Position numbers and translations under genes: made by a program. Below are positions 1 through 8,976 of a stretch of 15,577 nucleotides of DNA, in pieces. A model generated the notes under the pieces. It was not told the origin of the DNA and ran no database searches. It saw only the letters and a program-made list of their open reading frames with translations. Origin of the DNA: Nitrospinota bacterium. Its GTDB lineage: Bacteria; UBA8248. Position 1 is the stretch's first letter. The number at the start of each line of letters is the position of its first letter. The stretch spans positions 1-15,577 of the forward strand of contig JAYGFR010000272.1 of assembly GCA_046581755.1 (NCBI GenBank), in the 5' to 3' direction.

Positions 1-5
1 CAGTA

Positions 6-18
6 TAAATAATTGATA
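6..18 (-). promoter_or_regulatory. IHF-like binding site within an AT-rich patch (1-45)
   Basis: The minus strand reads TATCAATTATTTA, an exact match to the E. coli IHF consensus WATCAANNNNTTR, inside a strongly AT-rich stretch of otherwise GC-rich DNA. Function is inferred, and context is cut by the window edge. Confidence 0.35.
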
Positions 19-170
19 TTAAATATTTTATATCCTTTTTTAACACCCTCCCCGTTCTCTTTTATTCTTCCCCCGGCGGTATGTACCCCGGTTCCGGGCA
101 GGCGCCGCACGGAACCAGGAAGCCGAAAAACCTTCCAGATCCTCCTCCCCCTTTTTTTGGGCAATCCCCA

Positions 171-199
171 TTGACAATTCAGGTGGACAGGCATATATC
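171..199 (+). promoter_or_regulatory. Putative sigma70 promoter of the isc operon
   Basis: Perfect TTGACA (171-176), 17-nt spacer, TATATC (194-199, 4/6 match to TATAAT), about 90 nt upstream of the Rrf2 ATG at 291. Confidence 0.6.
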
Positions 200-201
200 T
201 A

Positions 202-241
202 CGACAGTATTTATCGGCGACCCAATTGGTCGCCTTAAATA
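202..241. promoter_or_regulatory. Tandem palindromic operator, probably bound by the Rrf2 regulator
   Basis: Perfect inverted repeat GGCGACC-CAATT-GGTCGCC (216-234) flanked by TATTTA (208-213)/TAAATA (236-241). An abutting degenerate copy reads CGAC-AGTATTT-ATCG (202-216). Both have the GAC-N7-GTC spacing of IscR type-1 sites. Confidence 0.6.
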
Positions 242-290
242 TCCGGCAAAGGGGAGTGCTGTTCCGCCTTTTCGTGGATGGGTTCAGGCG

Positions 291-716
291 ATGATAACCT
301 TTTCAAAAAGAACGGATTACGGACTTATCGCCCTCTCCCATCTGGCTGCCCAGGAAGAAGGAGAGGCGACGAACGCCAAAGCCATTGCCGCGGCCTATGG
401 AATTCCGCCCGAGCTCCTGGCCAAGACCCTGCAGATTCTGGCTAAAAAGGGAATCGTGGAATCCCGCAACGGCCCCAAGGGAGGCTACGTCCTCTCGCGG
501 CGCCCCGAGACCATTTCCGTTTTTGATGTGATTCAGGCGATTGAGGGACACGTCGCCATGGCGAACTGCCAGGTCGGGGACGCCTCCGATTGTGACCAGT
601 TCGCGTATTGTCCACTACTTCGGCCAATGGAACGTATTCAGCATAGGGTTGTCGATGTGTTGAAAGAAATGACCCTCCTGGATATGTCCGACGTACCCGT
701 GGGAGAAATTTTATGA
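291..716 (+). CDS. Rrf2-family Fe-S transcriptional regulator in the iscR position (141 aa)
   Basis: Starts [15 protein letters not shown]; wing motif [21 protein letters not shown]-x7-C-x5-C. ATG 291 was chosen because Rrf2 similarity starts there. The stop overlaps the iscS start (ATGA). Confidence 0.93.
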   Translation: MITFSKRTDYGLIALSHLAAQEEGEATNAKAIAAAYGIPPELLAKTLQILAKKGIVESRNGPKGGYVLSRRPETISVFDVIQAIEGHVAMANCQVGDASDCDQFAYCPLLRPMERIQHRVVDVLKEMTLLDMSDVPVGEIL

Positions 717-1933
717 CCGTTAAGTTTCCGATTTACATGGACTATCAAGCCACAACGCCGATGGATCCGCGCATACTCGAGGAGATGCTTCCCTACTTCG
801 CGGAAACCTTCGGCAACGCGGCGAGCCGCAATCACAGCTACGGCTGGGAGGCGGAAAAAGCCGTGGACGACGCTCGCGAGCGGCTGGCCAACGTCATCGG
901 GGCCGATCCCCGCGAGATAGTTTTCACGAGCGGCGCGACCGAGTCCGACAACATGGCGCTCAAAGGCGTCGCCGAAATGTACAAGACCAAAGGCAAACAC
1001 ATCATCACCTCGATGATCGAACACAAGGCCATCATCGACTCGGCCAAGCGCCTCGAAACCTGGGGTTTCGATGTGACCTACCTCATGCCCGGCGAGGACG
1101 GCATCACCACCACTCAGATGGTGGAAGATGCCATCACCGAAGAAACTATCCTGGTTTCCATCATGGCCGCCAACAACGAGATCGGAGTCATCAACCCCAT
1201 CCGGGAAATCGGCCAGCTTTGCCGCTCCCGCAAAATTCTTTTTCACACCGACGCCACCCAGGCCTACGGCAAGGTTCCCATCGACGTGAATGAAGATTTT
1301 ATCGATCTACTGTCGTTTACCGCCCACAAGATATACGGCCCCAAAGGCGTCGGCGCCCTCTACGTGCGGCGGCGCAAGCCCCGCGTCCGCCTTGCGGCGA
1401 TCATCGACGGCGGCGGCCACGAACGCGGAATGCGTTCGGGCACGCTCAACGTCAGCGGCATCGTGGGCTTCGGCAAGGCGGCCCAGCTTTGTCAAGAAGA
1501 GATGGAGGAAGAGTGCGTCCGCCTCACCAACATGCGCAAAAAATTCAAGGCCACGATGATGGAGAGCCTCGAAGAGGTGTATCTCAACGGCGATGAGGAC
1601 AAGCGCATTCCGGGCAATATCAACCTGAGCTTTCCCTACGTCGAGGGTGAGTCCCTCATCATGGGGCTCAAGGACGTAGCCGTGTCGTCCGGTTCGGCCT
1701 GTACATCGGCCAGCCTGGAGCCGAGCTACGTTCTGAAGGCGATGGGCCGCGGAGACGAGTTGGCTCACTCCTCAATCCGGTTTGGCTTTGGCAGGTTCAC
1801 CACCCAAGAAGAGATCGATTTCGTGGCCGAAAAGACGGTCGAGGTCGTCAACCGAATGCGCGACATGAGCCCGCTCTACGAGATGGTCAAGGAAGGCGTC
1901 GATCTCTCGAAGGTGGAATGGGCGCATCATTAA
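713..1933 (+). CDS. iscS: Cysteine desulfurase IscS (406 aa)
   Basis: [21 protein letters not shown]-lysine motif AHKIYGPKG, catalytic loop [17 protein letters not shown], and the IscS-type C-terminus [21 protein letters not shown]. Confidence 0.98.
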   Translation: MTVKFPIYMDYQATTPMDPRILEEMLPYFAETFGNAASRNHSYGWEAEKAVDDARERLANVIGADPREIVFTSGATESDNMALKGVAEMYKTKGKHIITSMIEHKAIIDSAKRLETWGFDVTYLMPGEDGITTTQMVEDAITEETILVSIMAANNEIGVINPIREIGQLCRSRKILFHTDATQAYGKVPIDVNEDFIDLLSFTAHKIYGPKGVGALYVRRRKPRVRLAAIIDGGGHERGMRSGTLNVSGIVGFGKAAQLCQEEMEEECVRLTNMRKKFKATMMESLEEVYLNGDEDKRIPGNINLSFPYVEGESLIMGLKDVAVSSGSACTSASLEPSYVLKAMGRGDELAHSSIRFGFGRFTTQEEIDFVAEKTVEVVNRMRDMSPLYEMVKEGVDLSKVEWAHH

Positions 1934-2030
1934 AAGAGGGACGGAAGTCTCATTGACGGTATCGTGAATGTGTTTTCACTTGATTGCCGGAGAAATTTTC
2001 CGGTAAATAGAAAAGGGAGAGAAATCAGAA

Positions 2031-2444
2031 ATGGCCTATAGCGAAAAAGTCGTGGACCATTACAACAATCCGCGAAACGTCGGGTCGCTCGACAAAAAAG
2101 ACGATGGCGTGGGAACCGGCATCGTCGGCGCTCCGGAGTGCGGCGATGTGATGAAGCTCCAGGTGAAAGTCAACAGTGAAGGCGTCATCGAGGACGCCAA
2201 ATTCAAAACATTCGGCTGCGGCAGCGCGATCGCTTCGAGTTCGCTGGCGACCGAGTGGCTGAAGGGAAAAACCGTTGACGAGGCGCAGGAGATCAAGAAT
2301 ACGCAGATCGTGGAGGAGCTGAACCTTCCCCCCGTTAAAATTCACTGTTCGGTGCTCGCCGAGGACGCCATCAAGGCGGCTCTGAACGATTACCGGGAAA
2401 AGCAAGGCATTCCGGTTGTGGGAACCGCAAAGTCGGCCCTATAA
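2031..2444 (+). CDS. iscU: Fe-S scaffold IscU (137 aa)
   Basis: MAYSEKVVDHYNNPRNVG, APECGDVM, FKTFGCGSAIASSS and LPPVKIHCSVLAEDAIKAA (includes the HscA-recognition motif LPPVK). RBS-like AAGGGAG upstream. Confidence 0.98.
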   Translation: MAYSEKVVDHYNNPRNVGSLDKKDDGVGTGIVGAPECGDVMKLQVKVNSEGVIEDAKFKTFGCGSAIASSSLATEWLKGKTVDEAQEIKNTQIVEELNLPPVKIHCSVLAEDAIKAALNDYREKQGIPVVGTAKSAL

Positions 2445-2527
2445 GTCCGGTGCCCCGTTTGGCCCGACGCCGCCCCGACCGGAATGGCGGCTCCGCATAA
2501 AATAGCGGTTAATAAAGGGTGAAAATC

Positions 2528-2881
2528 GTGGAACTTGCAGAGAAAAAACGATCTATTGAAGTGACCGATAAGGCCGTCGAGAACATCACGCGATTCCTGG
2601 AAAACGATAGCAAGACCGATTCGATTGTCCGTGTCGGGGTCCGGGGAGGCGGATGTTCGGGTCTTTCGTATGTCCTCCAGTTTGAGGACGCCAGCACCAT
2701 CGGTATGATGGATACCGTGATCGAAAAGGGCGGCGTACGAATCGTTGTCGATAAAAAAAGCATTCTTTTTCTGGCGGGAACCACCCTCGATTACGAAGAC
2801 GGCCTTTCGGGGAAGGGTTTCACCTTCAAGAACCCCAACGCCCGTCAGGCTTGCGGCTGCGGAGAGAGTTTTTCGATCTAG
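2528..2881 (+). CDS. iscA: A-type Fe-S carrier IscA/HesB family
   Basis: RVGVRGGGCSGLSY, GTTLDY and NPNARQACGCGESF. GTG 2528 is preferred (AAGGGTG upstream); GTG 2519 is an alternative start. Confidence 0.95.
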   Translation: MELAEKKRSIEVTDKAVENITRFLENDSKTDSIVRVGVRGGGCSGLSYVLQFEDASTIGMMDTVIEKGGVRIVVDKKSILFLAGTTLDYEDGLSGKGFTFKNPNARQACGCGESFSI

Positions 2882-2894
2882 CGGTTGGGTTTTT

Positions 2895-2946
2895 AAACGC
2901 GCTTCGCCCCCGTCGATGGGACGGGTGTGCGAGACGCGTTTTTTTT
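2895..2946 (+). terminator. Intrinsic terminator-like hairpin between iscA and hscB
   Basis: Interrupted stem AAACGCG/CGCGTTT, TTCGC/GCGAG and CCCGTC/GACGGG with loop GATGG, ending in T8 (2939-2946). Confidence 0.65.
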
Positions 2947-3002
2947 GAGACCGGACGCCTTGTTCGGTTTACGCACCCCGGGGCCTTTTGCCGGCATGGA
3001 AA

Positions 3003-3653
3003 ATGGATCAGACAGGAACCAAAAATAACGCGGCTTTCTCGGTATTCGGCGAAAACGGGGAAATACATCCAATCCCCGCTGGGTTGGATCATTTCGCCTT
3101 TTTTGGCCTGCCGAGAAAAATGACGCTCGATGGAGCCGCCCTCGAAACCAGGTATTACGATCTCAGCCGGAGGCTTCATCCCGATTTTTTCATGAACGCC
3201 CCTGCCTCCAAGCGGATTCTCAGCCTCGAAGCCTCCGCCCGCCTCAACGGCGCTTACAAAACACTGAAAGACCCGATTATAAGGGCGGTATATCTCGTCG
3301 AACTGGAAAGCGGAAAGCTGGAGGAAAACGACTCCCGCCCGCCCGTGGACCTGCTGGAGGAAATATTCGAAGCCCAGGAGGCGGCCGACGAGTACAAGTG
3401 TTGCGAGGACGACGCGGAGGAGGTAAAAAATATCCGGCTGCGTCTCGAGGCGGCGAAAGAATGCTTCGATGCGCAGCGGGCCGGCCAGCGCGCGGCCCTG
3501 GAGGATTTGGGAGAGCGCTGGGACCGGGCGGTCGATGCCGGCGACGAGCCTCCCGCCGAGGTAATCGACAAACTGCGGTCCGTCCTGGGGCTTCGGAATT
3601 ATATCGACAATATTCTCAGAAGCGTGAACCAAGCGCTGGAAGAAGTGCCATGA
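3003..3653 (+). CDS. hscB: Fe-S co-chaperone HscB (J-domain)
   Basis: [16 protein letters not shown] (HPD motif) and [21 protein letters not shown], followed by an acidic helical C-domain. Lies between iscA and hscA with an ATGA overlap to hscA. Start is uncertain (ATG 3003 or TTG 2988). Confidence 0.93.
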   Translation: MDQTGTKNNAAFSVFGENGEIHPIPAGLDHFAFFGLPRKMTLDGAALETRYYDLSRRLHPDFFMNAPASKRILSLEASARLNGAYKTLKDPIIRAVYLVELESGKLEENDSRPPVDLLEEIFEAQEAADEYKCCEDDAEEVKNIRLRLEAAKECFDAQRAGQRAALEDLGERWDRAVDAGDEPPAEVIDKLRSVLGLRNYIDNILRSVNQALEEVP

Positions 3654-5485
3654 GCGACATCATCGGAATCGATCTCGGAACGACGAACAGCCTGGTCGCC
3701 GTCATGAAAGAGGGCAGTCCGTCGGTGATCGCTCCCGAAGGGGAGAGCGGGCTGCTTCCTTCGGTGGTGAGCTTTCACTCCGGCCGGGTGCTGCTGGGCG
3801 GAAAGGCCCGCGCTGATCGCGCCAAAAACGCCCGCGATACGGTTTTTTCGATCAAAAGGTTCATGGGCCAGAGCTACGAAGACGTTCAGGATGAGTTTCG
3901 GCACCTTCCGTTCGAAGCGGATCCGGATCACAAAGAGGCCGTCTATGTAAAGGCGCGGGGACGCTCCTACAGCGCTCCCGAGATCAGCGCTTTGATATTG
4001 CGCGAGCTCAAAAACCGTGCCGAGCGGGAGCTGGGGTATTCCGTCCAGCGGGCGGTCATCACCGTTCCGGCGTATTTCAACGACGCTCAGCGGCAGGCGA
4101 CGAAGGATGCCGGACTGCTGGCGGGGCTCGATGTACTCCGCATCGTCAACGAGCCAACGGCGGCCTCCCTGGCCTACGGGCTGCACGAGCGCAACCGGGG
4201 CATCGTTGCCGTCTACGATTTGGGCGGCGGGACCTTCGACATTTCGGTTCTCCGGGTGAAGGACGGCATTTTCGAGGTTCTGGCGACAGGCGGGGACACC
4301 CACCTGGGCGGCGACGATTTCGACCGCGCGATTGCGGATTATCTGATCGAGCTGGCGGACGCCGAATCGGGGACCGATCCGGGAACCGACCTGTTGGCGG
4401 TGGGGCAGTTTGTGCTGGCGGCGGAAAAGGCCAAGTGCGAGCTGACCGCCGGGGAAGAAACCGAAATTATCCTGGAAAATCCGGGCGGTATCCCGCTTTC
4501 GTTCCGGAGAAAAATGACCCGCGAGGAGATGGAGGGGATTCTCTCTCCCATCGTGGATCGCACGGCGGCGCCCTGCCGCAGGGCGCTCAAGGACGCCGGG
4601 GTGGAGGAGAGCGGGGTGGACGAGGTGGTCCTGGTGGGCGGTTCGACGCGGATGCCTCTCGTCCGGCGGCTGGTGGCCGATCTTTTCGGAAAAGAGCCGC
4701 ATTCGGACATAAATCCCGATGAGGTCGTAGCACTGGGGGCAGCGGTGCAGGCGGATATTCTCGCGGGGGGCCGCTCGGACATGCTCCTTCTCGATGTGAC
4801 CCCCCTTTCGCTCGGCATCGAGACGGTGGGGGGCGCGATGGGCTGGATCATCCCGCGCAACACCACGATCCCCACGAGCCAGCGCGAGGTGTTCACCACC
4901 TTCAAGGACAACCAGACCGGCGTCGATATTCACGTTCTCCAGGGGGAGCGCGAGCTGATCAAGGACAATCGCTCGTTGGCCCGGTTTGTTCTGGGCATCG
5001 ATCCGGCGCCGGCCGGGATGACCCGGATCGAAGTGACGTTTTTGCTCGACGCCAACGGAATCCTGAACGTCACGGCGCGCGACCTGCGGAGCGGAAAAGC
5101 GGCCACGGTCGAGGTCCGGCCCTCCTACGGGCTGACCGACGAGCAGGTGGAGCGGATGCTTCTTGAGTCCTTCGAGCATGCCGAGGCCGACATCCTCGCT
5201 CGCCAGCTTCTCGAAGCCCGCACCGAGGCGGAATCCGTTGTTGCGGTGACGCTGCGGGCGCTGGGCGGCTACGGAGAGGAGAATACCGGCGAGGACGAGC
5301 GCGCCGTGATCGAGAAAGCCATTTCGGAACTGGAGGATTTATTGGAGGGCGATGATTACCGGCTGATTCGAGACAGGATCGATGTCCTCAACGAAGTGAC
5401 CCGCCCCCTTGCAGAGCGCATGATGGATGGGGTCTTAAAAGAAGCTCTGGCCAACAAACGCCTGAGCGAGGCCATGAAGGACTGA
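3650..5485 (+). CDS. hscA: Fe-S chaperone HscA (Hsp70 family, 611 aa)
   Basis: [47 protein letters not shown] and LVGGSTRMP. HscA-type features FTTFKDNQT and [16 protein letters not shown], plus operon position. ATG 3650 overlaps the hscB stop. Confidence 0.96.
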   Translation: MSDIIGIDLGTTNSLVAVMKEGSPSVIAPEGESGLLPSVVSFHSGRVLLGGKARADRAKNARDTVFSIKRFMGQSYEDVQDEFRHLPFEADPDHKEAVYVKARGRSYSAPEISALILRELKNRAERELGYSVQRAVITVPAYFNDAQRQATKDAGLLAGLDVLRIVNEPTAASLAYGLHERNRGIVAVYDLGGGTFDISVLRVKDGIFEVLATGGDTHLGGDDFDRAIADYLIELADAESGTDPGTDLLAVGQFVLAAEKAKCELTAGEETEIILENPGGIPLSFRRKMTREEMEGILSPIVDRTAAPCRRALKDAGVEESGVDEVVLVGGSTRMPLVRRLVADLFGKEPHSDINPDEVVALGAAVQADILAGGRSDMLLLDVTPLSLGIETVGGAMGWIIPRNTTIPTSQREVFTTFKDNQTGVDIHVLQGERELIKDNRSLARFVLGIDPAPAGMTRIEVTFLLDANGILNVTARDLRSGKAATVEVRPSYGLTDEQVERMLLESFEHAEADILARQLLEARTEAESVVAVTLRALGGYGEENTGEDERAVIEKAISELEDLLEGDDYRLIRDRIDVLNEVTRPLAERMMDGVLKEALANKRLSEAMKD

Positions 5486-5521
5486 TCCGCCGGAGCGGCG
5501 GTTTTCAAATCGGGGAAGGTG

Positions 5522-5872
5522 ATGGCGAAACTTCATTTTATCGACGAAGACATAACACTCGAAATTCAGGTGGGCCAGAATATTCTGGAAATTGCCCTGG
5601 ATAACAGCTTTGATCTCGACCATGCCTGCGGAGGGGTTTGCGCGTGTTCGACCTGTCATGTAAAGGTCCAGGAGGGATTCGACCTGTTTCCCGAAGCCGA
5701 GGAAGAGGAAGAGGATCAGCTCGACAACGCGCGCGATGTGGATCTGACAAGCCGCCTGGCGTGTCAGTGCGTGCTGCAGGAGGATACGGACCAGGTCATC
5801 GAGATCGAGGTGCCGTTCTGGAACGTGAATTTGGTTCAAGAGGGCCCCGACGCGGCCCACGAGGCCCATTAA
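5522..5872 (+). CDS. fdx: ISC-type [2Fe-2S] ferredoxin (adrenodoxin family)
   Basis: HACGGVCACSTCHV, acidic EEEEEDQLD and SRLACQ. ATG 5522 (or GTG 5519) follows GGGGAAGG. Confidence 0.96.
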   Translation: MAKLHFIDEDITLEIQVGQNILEIALDNSFDLDHACGGVCACSTCHVKVQEGFDLFPEAEEEEEDQLDNARDVDLTSRLACQCVLQEDTDQVIEIEVPFWNVNLVQEGPDAAHEAH

Positions 5873-5892
5873 GGCGGGTGGGGGAGCGGGTT

Positions 5893-6111
5893 TTGGAAAA
5901 ATTCAAGTGGGATGATTCCGAGGACATCGGAATCGCCCTGTCGGAGAACCATCCGGGCGTCGATCCGCTCAAAGTCCGCTTCACCGATCTTCACCAGTGG
6001 GTTATCGACCTCGAGGAGTTCGAGGACGATCCGATGATTTCCACCGAAGGCAAGCTCGAAGCGATCCAGATGGCCTGGCTCGAGGAATTTCGCGAAGAGC
6101 AGGGAGCGTAG
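5893..6111 (+). CDS. iscX: Fe-S assembly protein IscX (YfhJ), 72 aa
   Basis: KWDDSEDIGIALSENHPGVDPLKVRFTDLHQWVIDLEEFEDDP...LEAIQMAWLEE. TTG start at 5893, 6 nt after GGGGAG. This is the 3' part of ORF 5638-6111. Confidence 0.95.
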   Translation: MEKFKWDDSEDIGIALSENHPGVDPLKVRFTDLHQWVIDLEEFEDDPMISTEGKLEAIQMAWLEEFREEQGA

Positions 6112-6152
6112 CCGGGCCGAGGTCCCGGCCCTTGGATTGGGGAGGCGCATCG

Positions 6153-6965
6153 TTGACCGGGCCCCAGGAAGAATTCGCTGGCGGGAAGCTGCTGCTCCGC
6201 CGGGAGGAATCGATCGCCATCGTCACGTTCAACCATCCCGAGCGGATGAACGCCCTCGAGCTTGAGATGTGGGGAGAGCTCGCCCGCCTCGTTCCGCGCC
6301 TGGATCGGGACGAGAGCGTGCGCGTCCTGGTGTTCAAAGGGGCCGGGGACCGCGCCTTCTCCGCCGGGGCGGACATCGCCCGCTTCACCGAGGAGCGCTC
6401 GAACTCGGAGCAGGCACGTAAATACGCTGAGGGATTCCTGCCCGGCCTCGACGCCATAGGAAATTTCTCCAAGCCCACCGTTTCCTCGATCCGGGGCGCC
6501 TGCGTGGGCGGGGGGATCGAGCTCGCCGCCGCGACCGACATCCGCATCGCGGGCGAATCGAGCCGCTTCGGGGTGCCCGTGGCGAAGCTGGGCCTCGTGG
6601 CCGGATACTCCGAGCTCCGGCGCTTCGTCCAATCGATAGGGCCCGCGCGCACGCTGGACATGCTCCTGACGGCGCGCCTTTTCTCGGCCGCCGAGATGCT
6701 CGGCGCGGGATTTCTCGCCCGGGTGGTTCCGGACGATGAGGTGGAGAAAACCGCCACGGAGACCGCCGGGCGAATCGCCTCCCTCGCCCCGCTCGTCCAG
6801 CAGCTGCACAAGGAATTCGTCAAGACCATCCTCTTCGATCCCTCCCTCGCTTCGCTCACCGAGGAAGACCTCGCCAAGCAGTTCACCTGCTTCGACACCG
6901 CCGATTTCAAAGAGGGCGTGGACGCGTTCTTGACCAAGCGCGACCCGCGCTTTGAAGGGAGATAA
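6153..6965 (+). CDS. Enoyl-CoA hydratase/isomerase (crotonase superfamily), 270 aa
   Basis: VTFNHPERMNAL, AFSAGADI and CVGGGIEL oxyanion motifs, and DFKEGVDAFLTKRDPRFEG at the C-terminus. TTG 6153 follows GGAGG (6141-6145). Confidence 0.92.
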   Translation: MTGPQEEFAGGKLLLRREESIAIVTFNHPERMNALELEMWGELARLVPRLDRDESVRVLVFKGAGDRAFSAGADIARFTEERSNSEQARKYAEGFLPGLDAIGNFSKPTVSSIRGACVGGGIELAAATDIRIAGESSRFGVPVAKLGLVAGYSELRRFVQSIGPARTLDMLLTARLFSAAEMLGAGFLARVVPDDEVEKTATETAGRIASLAPLVQQLHKEFVKTILFDPSLASLTEEDLAKQFTCFDTADFKEGVDAFLTKRDPRFEGR

Positions 6966-6972
6966 GCCGCCG

Positions 6973-8175
6973 ATGATCCCGCAGCCGGGCGGTGCCCTCG
7001 AGGGCGTCCGCATTCTCGAGGTGTGCCAGATCATGGCCGGCCCGTTCTGCGGCGCCCTTCTGGGCGACATGGGGGCCGACGTCATCAAGGTCGAAAAGCC
7101 CGCCGGCGGCGACGACGCCCGCCGTATGGGCCGCTACTTCGCCGGCGGCGAGGGCTATGGCTTCATGAACCTGAACCGCAACAAGCGGAGCATCGCCCTC
7201 AACCTCAAGTCCCAAAAGGGCCGCGCCCTGCTCATCGAGCTGGCCCGGAGCGCCGACGCCCTCATCGAAAACTTCCGCCCCGGCACCATGGACCGCCTCG
7301 GCCTCGGCTACGAGGATCTCCGCAAGGCCAACTCCGGGCTGATCTACGCTTCGATCTCGGGTTACGGTCACACCGGTCCCTTCCGGGAGAAGGGCGGCTT
7401 CGACCTCGTGGCCCAGGGCCTCTCCAGCCTGATGAGCTTCACCGGCGAGCCCGGCCGCCCCCCGGTCAAGATTCCGGTTCCCCTCTGCGACCTGAACGCC
7501 GGGATATACACGGCCTTTTCCATCCTTTCCGCCTACATCCATAAACAGCGCACCGGCGAGGGACAGAAAATCGACACCTCTCTCGTGGACGCCGGCCTGG
7601 GCTACACATTCTGGCAGTCCTCCCAGTTTTTCCCCGAAGGCGAGGTTCCCGTGCCGCGCGGCTCGGCGCACGAGGTGACCGCCCCCTACCAGGCGTTTAA
7701 ATGCTCGGACGGCTACATCGTCCTGGGCGCCGCGAACCAGCCCAACTGGGAGCGCACCTGCAAAGCCATGGGCCGCGAGGATCTGATGGAGAGGGACGAA
7801 TACAAGACCGACAAGGACCGGGCGGTTAACTACCTCAAGCTCGCCGAGGAATTGGAGGAGGCGTTCGGGAGCGACACCCGCGCCAGCTGGCTCCAGCGCC
7901 TCGAGGCCGAGGGCGTGCCCTGCGGCCCCATCCTCAACATGGCTGAGACCTTCGATCATCCCCAGATCAAGGCACGCGGGATGGCCGTTGATGTGGAGCA
8001 TCCCGCAGCCGGCGCGACGCGGGTGCTCGGGTTTCCCCCCCAACTTTCCGGCACGCCCGGCATCGTTCGAAAGCCCGCGCCCACCCTGGGCCAGCACACC
8101 GACGAAGTCATGAAAGAACTCGGAAAGAGCGCCGGGGAAACCGGCCGGCTCCGGGAAGAGGGCATCGTAGGCTGA
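6973..8175 (+). CDS. Family III (CaiB/BaiF) CoA-transferase, 400 aa
   Basis: ALEGVRILE, AGPFCGALLGDMGADVIKVE, NRNKRSIALNLK, ENFRPGTMDRLGLGY, catalytic-Asp region PLCDLNAG and APTLGQHT. ATG 6973 lies 7 nt after the crotonase stop. Confidence 0.95.
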   Translation: MIPQPGGALEGVRILEVCQIMAGPFCGALLGDMGADVIKVEKPAGGDDARRMGRYFAGGEGYGFMNLNRNKRSIALNLKSQKGRALLIELARSADALIENFRPGTMDRLGLGYEDLRKANSGLIYASISGYGHTGPFREKGGFDLVAQGLSSLMSFTGEPGRPPVKIPVPLCDLNAGIYTAFSILSAYIHKQRTGEGQKIDTSLVDAGLGYTFWQSSQFFPEGEVPVPRGSAHEVTAPYQAFKCSDGYIVLGAANQPNWERTCKAMGREDLMERDEYKTDKDRAVNYLKLAEELEEAFGSDTRASWLQRLEAEGVPCGPILNMAETFDHPQIKARGMAVDVEHPAAGATRVLGFPPQLSGTPGIVRKPAPTLGQHTDEVMKELGKSAGETGRLREEGIVG

Positions 8176-8232
8176 GGGACGGACACCAGCCCGATTCGTG
8201 TTGAAGTGAACCCCCCGCCGGGAGGGCGACGG

Positions 8233-8937
8233 ATGGCGCAAGAGCCGGAAAGCCTGCCCGCCGGAATTTATCTGGTCGCCACCCCCATCGGAAACCTCGG
8301 GGACATCTCCGATCGCCAGCGGCAGATTATCGAAGCCTGCGACGTGGTGGCCTGCGAGGACACCCGCCGGACCGGGCTTCTCCTCTCCCGCCTTTCCATC
8401 AAAAAGCGGTTAATCAGCTACCACGAGCACAACGAAACCAGGCGCGCCGACCAGCTCGCCGAAAGGGCCAAGGCGGGCGAACGGATCGCGGTGGTCTCGG
8501 ACGCGGGCACGCCGGGAATTTCCGATCCTGCCTACCGGGTGGTGCGAGCGGCGCTGGACCGGGGGGTTTCTGTCGTTCCCGTGCCGGGGCCTTCGGCGGT
8601 CATGGCCGCGCTGGTGGCGTCTGGCCTTCCGACCGACCGGTTCGTGTTCGAGGGGTTTTTGCCCCAAAAGGGCGAGCGGCGCTGGCGCAGGCTGGAGGAA
8701 TTGCTCGAAGAAGATCGCACGGTGGTCCTGTTCGAATCGCCGCATCGCGCCGTCCGGCTGATCGAGGAAATATCCAAGCGCGCCCCCGCCCGGCCCCTGG
8801 TGCTGGCGCGCGAGCTCACCAAGCTGCACGAGGAATTCCTGCGCGGAACGGCCGCCGAACTCACCGAAAAATTGAAGGGAAGAACCGTCAAGGGCGAATG
8901 CGTCCTCCTGTTCGCGCCCAAGCGGTTGGAGAAATAA
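8233..8937 (+). CDS. rsmI: 16S rRNA (cytidine1402-2'-O)-methyltransferase RsmI, 234 aa
   Basis: IYLVATPIGNLGDIS, ACEDTRRT, SYHEHNE, VSDAGTPGISDP, FESPHR, RELTKLHEEF and KGECV. GGAGGG precedes ATG 8233. Confidence 0.96.
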   Translation: MAQEPESLPAGIYLVATPIGNLGDISDRQRQIIEACDVVACEDTRRTGLLLSRLSIKKRLISYHEHNETRRADQLAERAKAGERIAVVSDAGTPGISDPAYRVVRAALDRGVSVVPVPGPSAVMAALVASGLPTDRFVFEGFLPQKGERRWRRLEELLEEDRTVVLFESPHRAVRLIEEISKRAPARPLVLARELTKLHEEFLRGTAAELTEKLKGRTVKGECVLLFAPKRLEK

Positions 8938-8976
8938 TCCGGGCGGATACCCCCTGCGCCCGACCGAAAGCGGGAT

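Noticed and set aside
81..290. 70-codon N-terminal extension of the Rrf2 ORF
   Set aside because: It has no Rrf2 similarity and spans the promoter and operator candidates; ATG 291 fits the family start.
1964..1979. GTGAA-N6-TTCAC as a Rex or CRP site
   Set aside because: The spacing is wrong (Rex GTGAA-N4-TTCAC; CRP TGTGA-N6-TCACA, whereas here it is GTGA-N8-TCAC), and the outer bases do not match.
3599..5179. 526-aa antisense ORF opposite hscA
   Set aside because: Long antisense ORFs opposite Hsp70 genes in GC-rich genomes are a known codon-bias effect. No independent motif or RBS is visible.
5991..8241. Long antisense ORFs (5991-7088, 6002-6937, 6907-8241) and similar ones at 12796-13446 and 13938-14972
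   Set aside because: These are shadows of well-supported genes on the opposite strand in high-GC sequence, with no recognisable domains.
8233..8937. RsmI is shorter than the E. coli protein (no C-terminal helical domain)
   Set aside because: Short RsmI forms ending soon after the KGE motif are common; the catalytic motifs are intact and the stop is clean.
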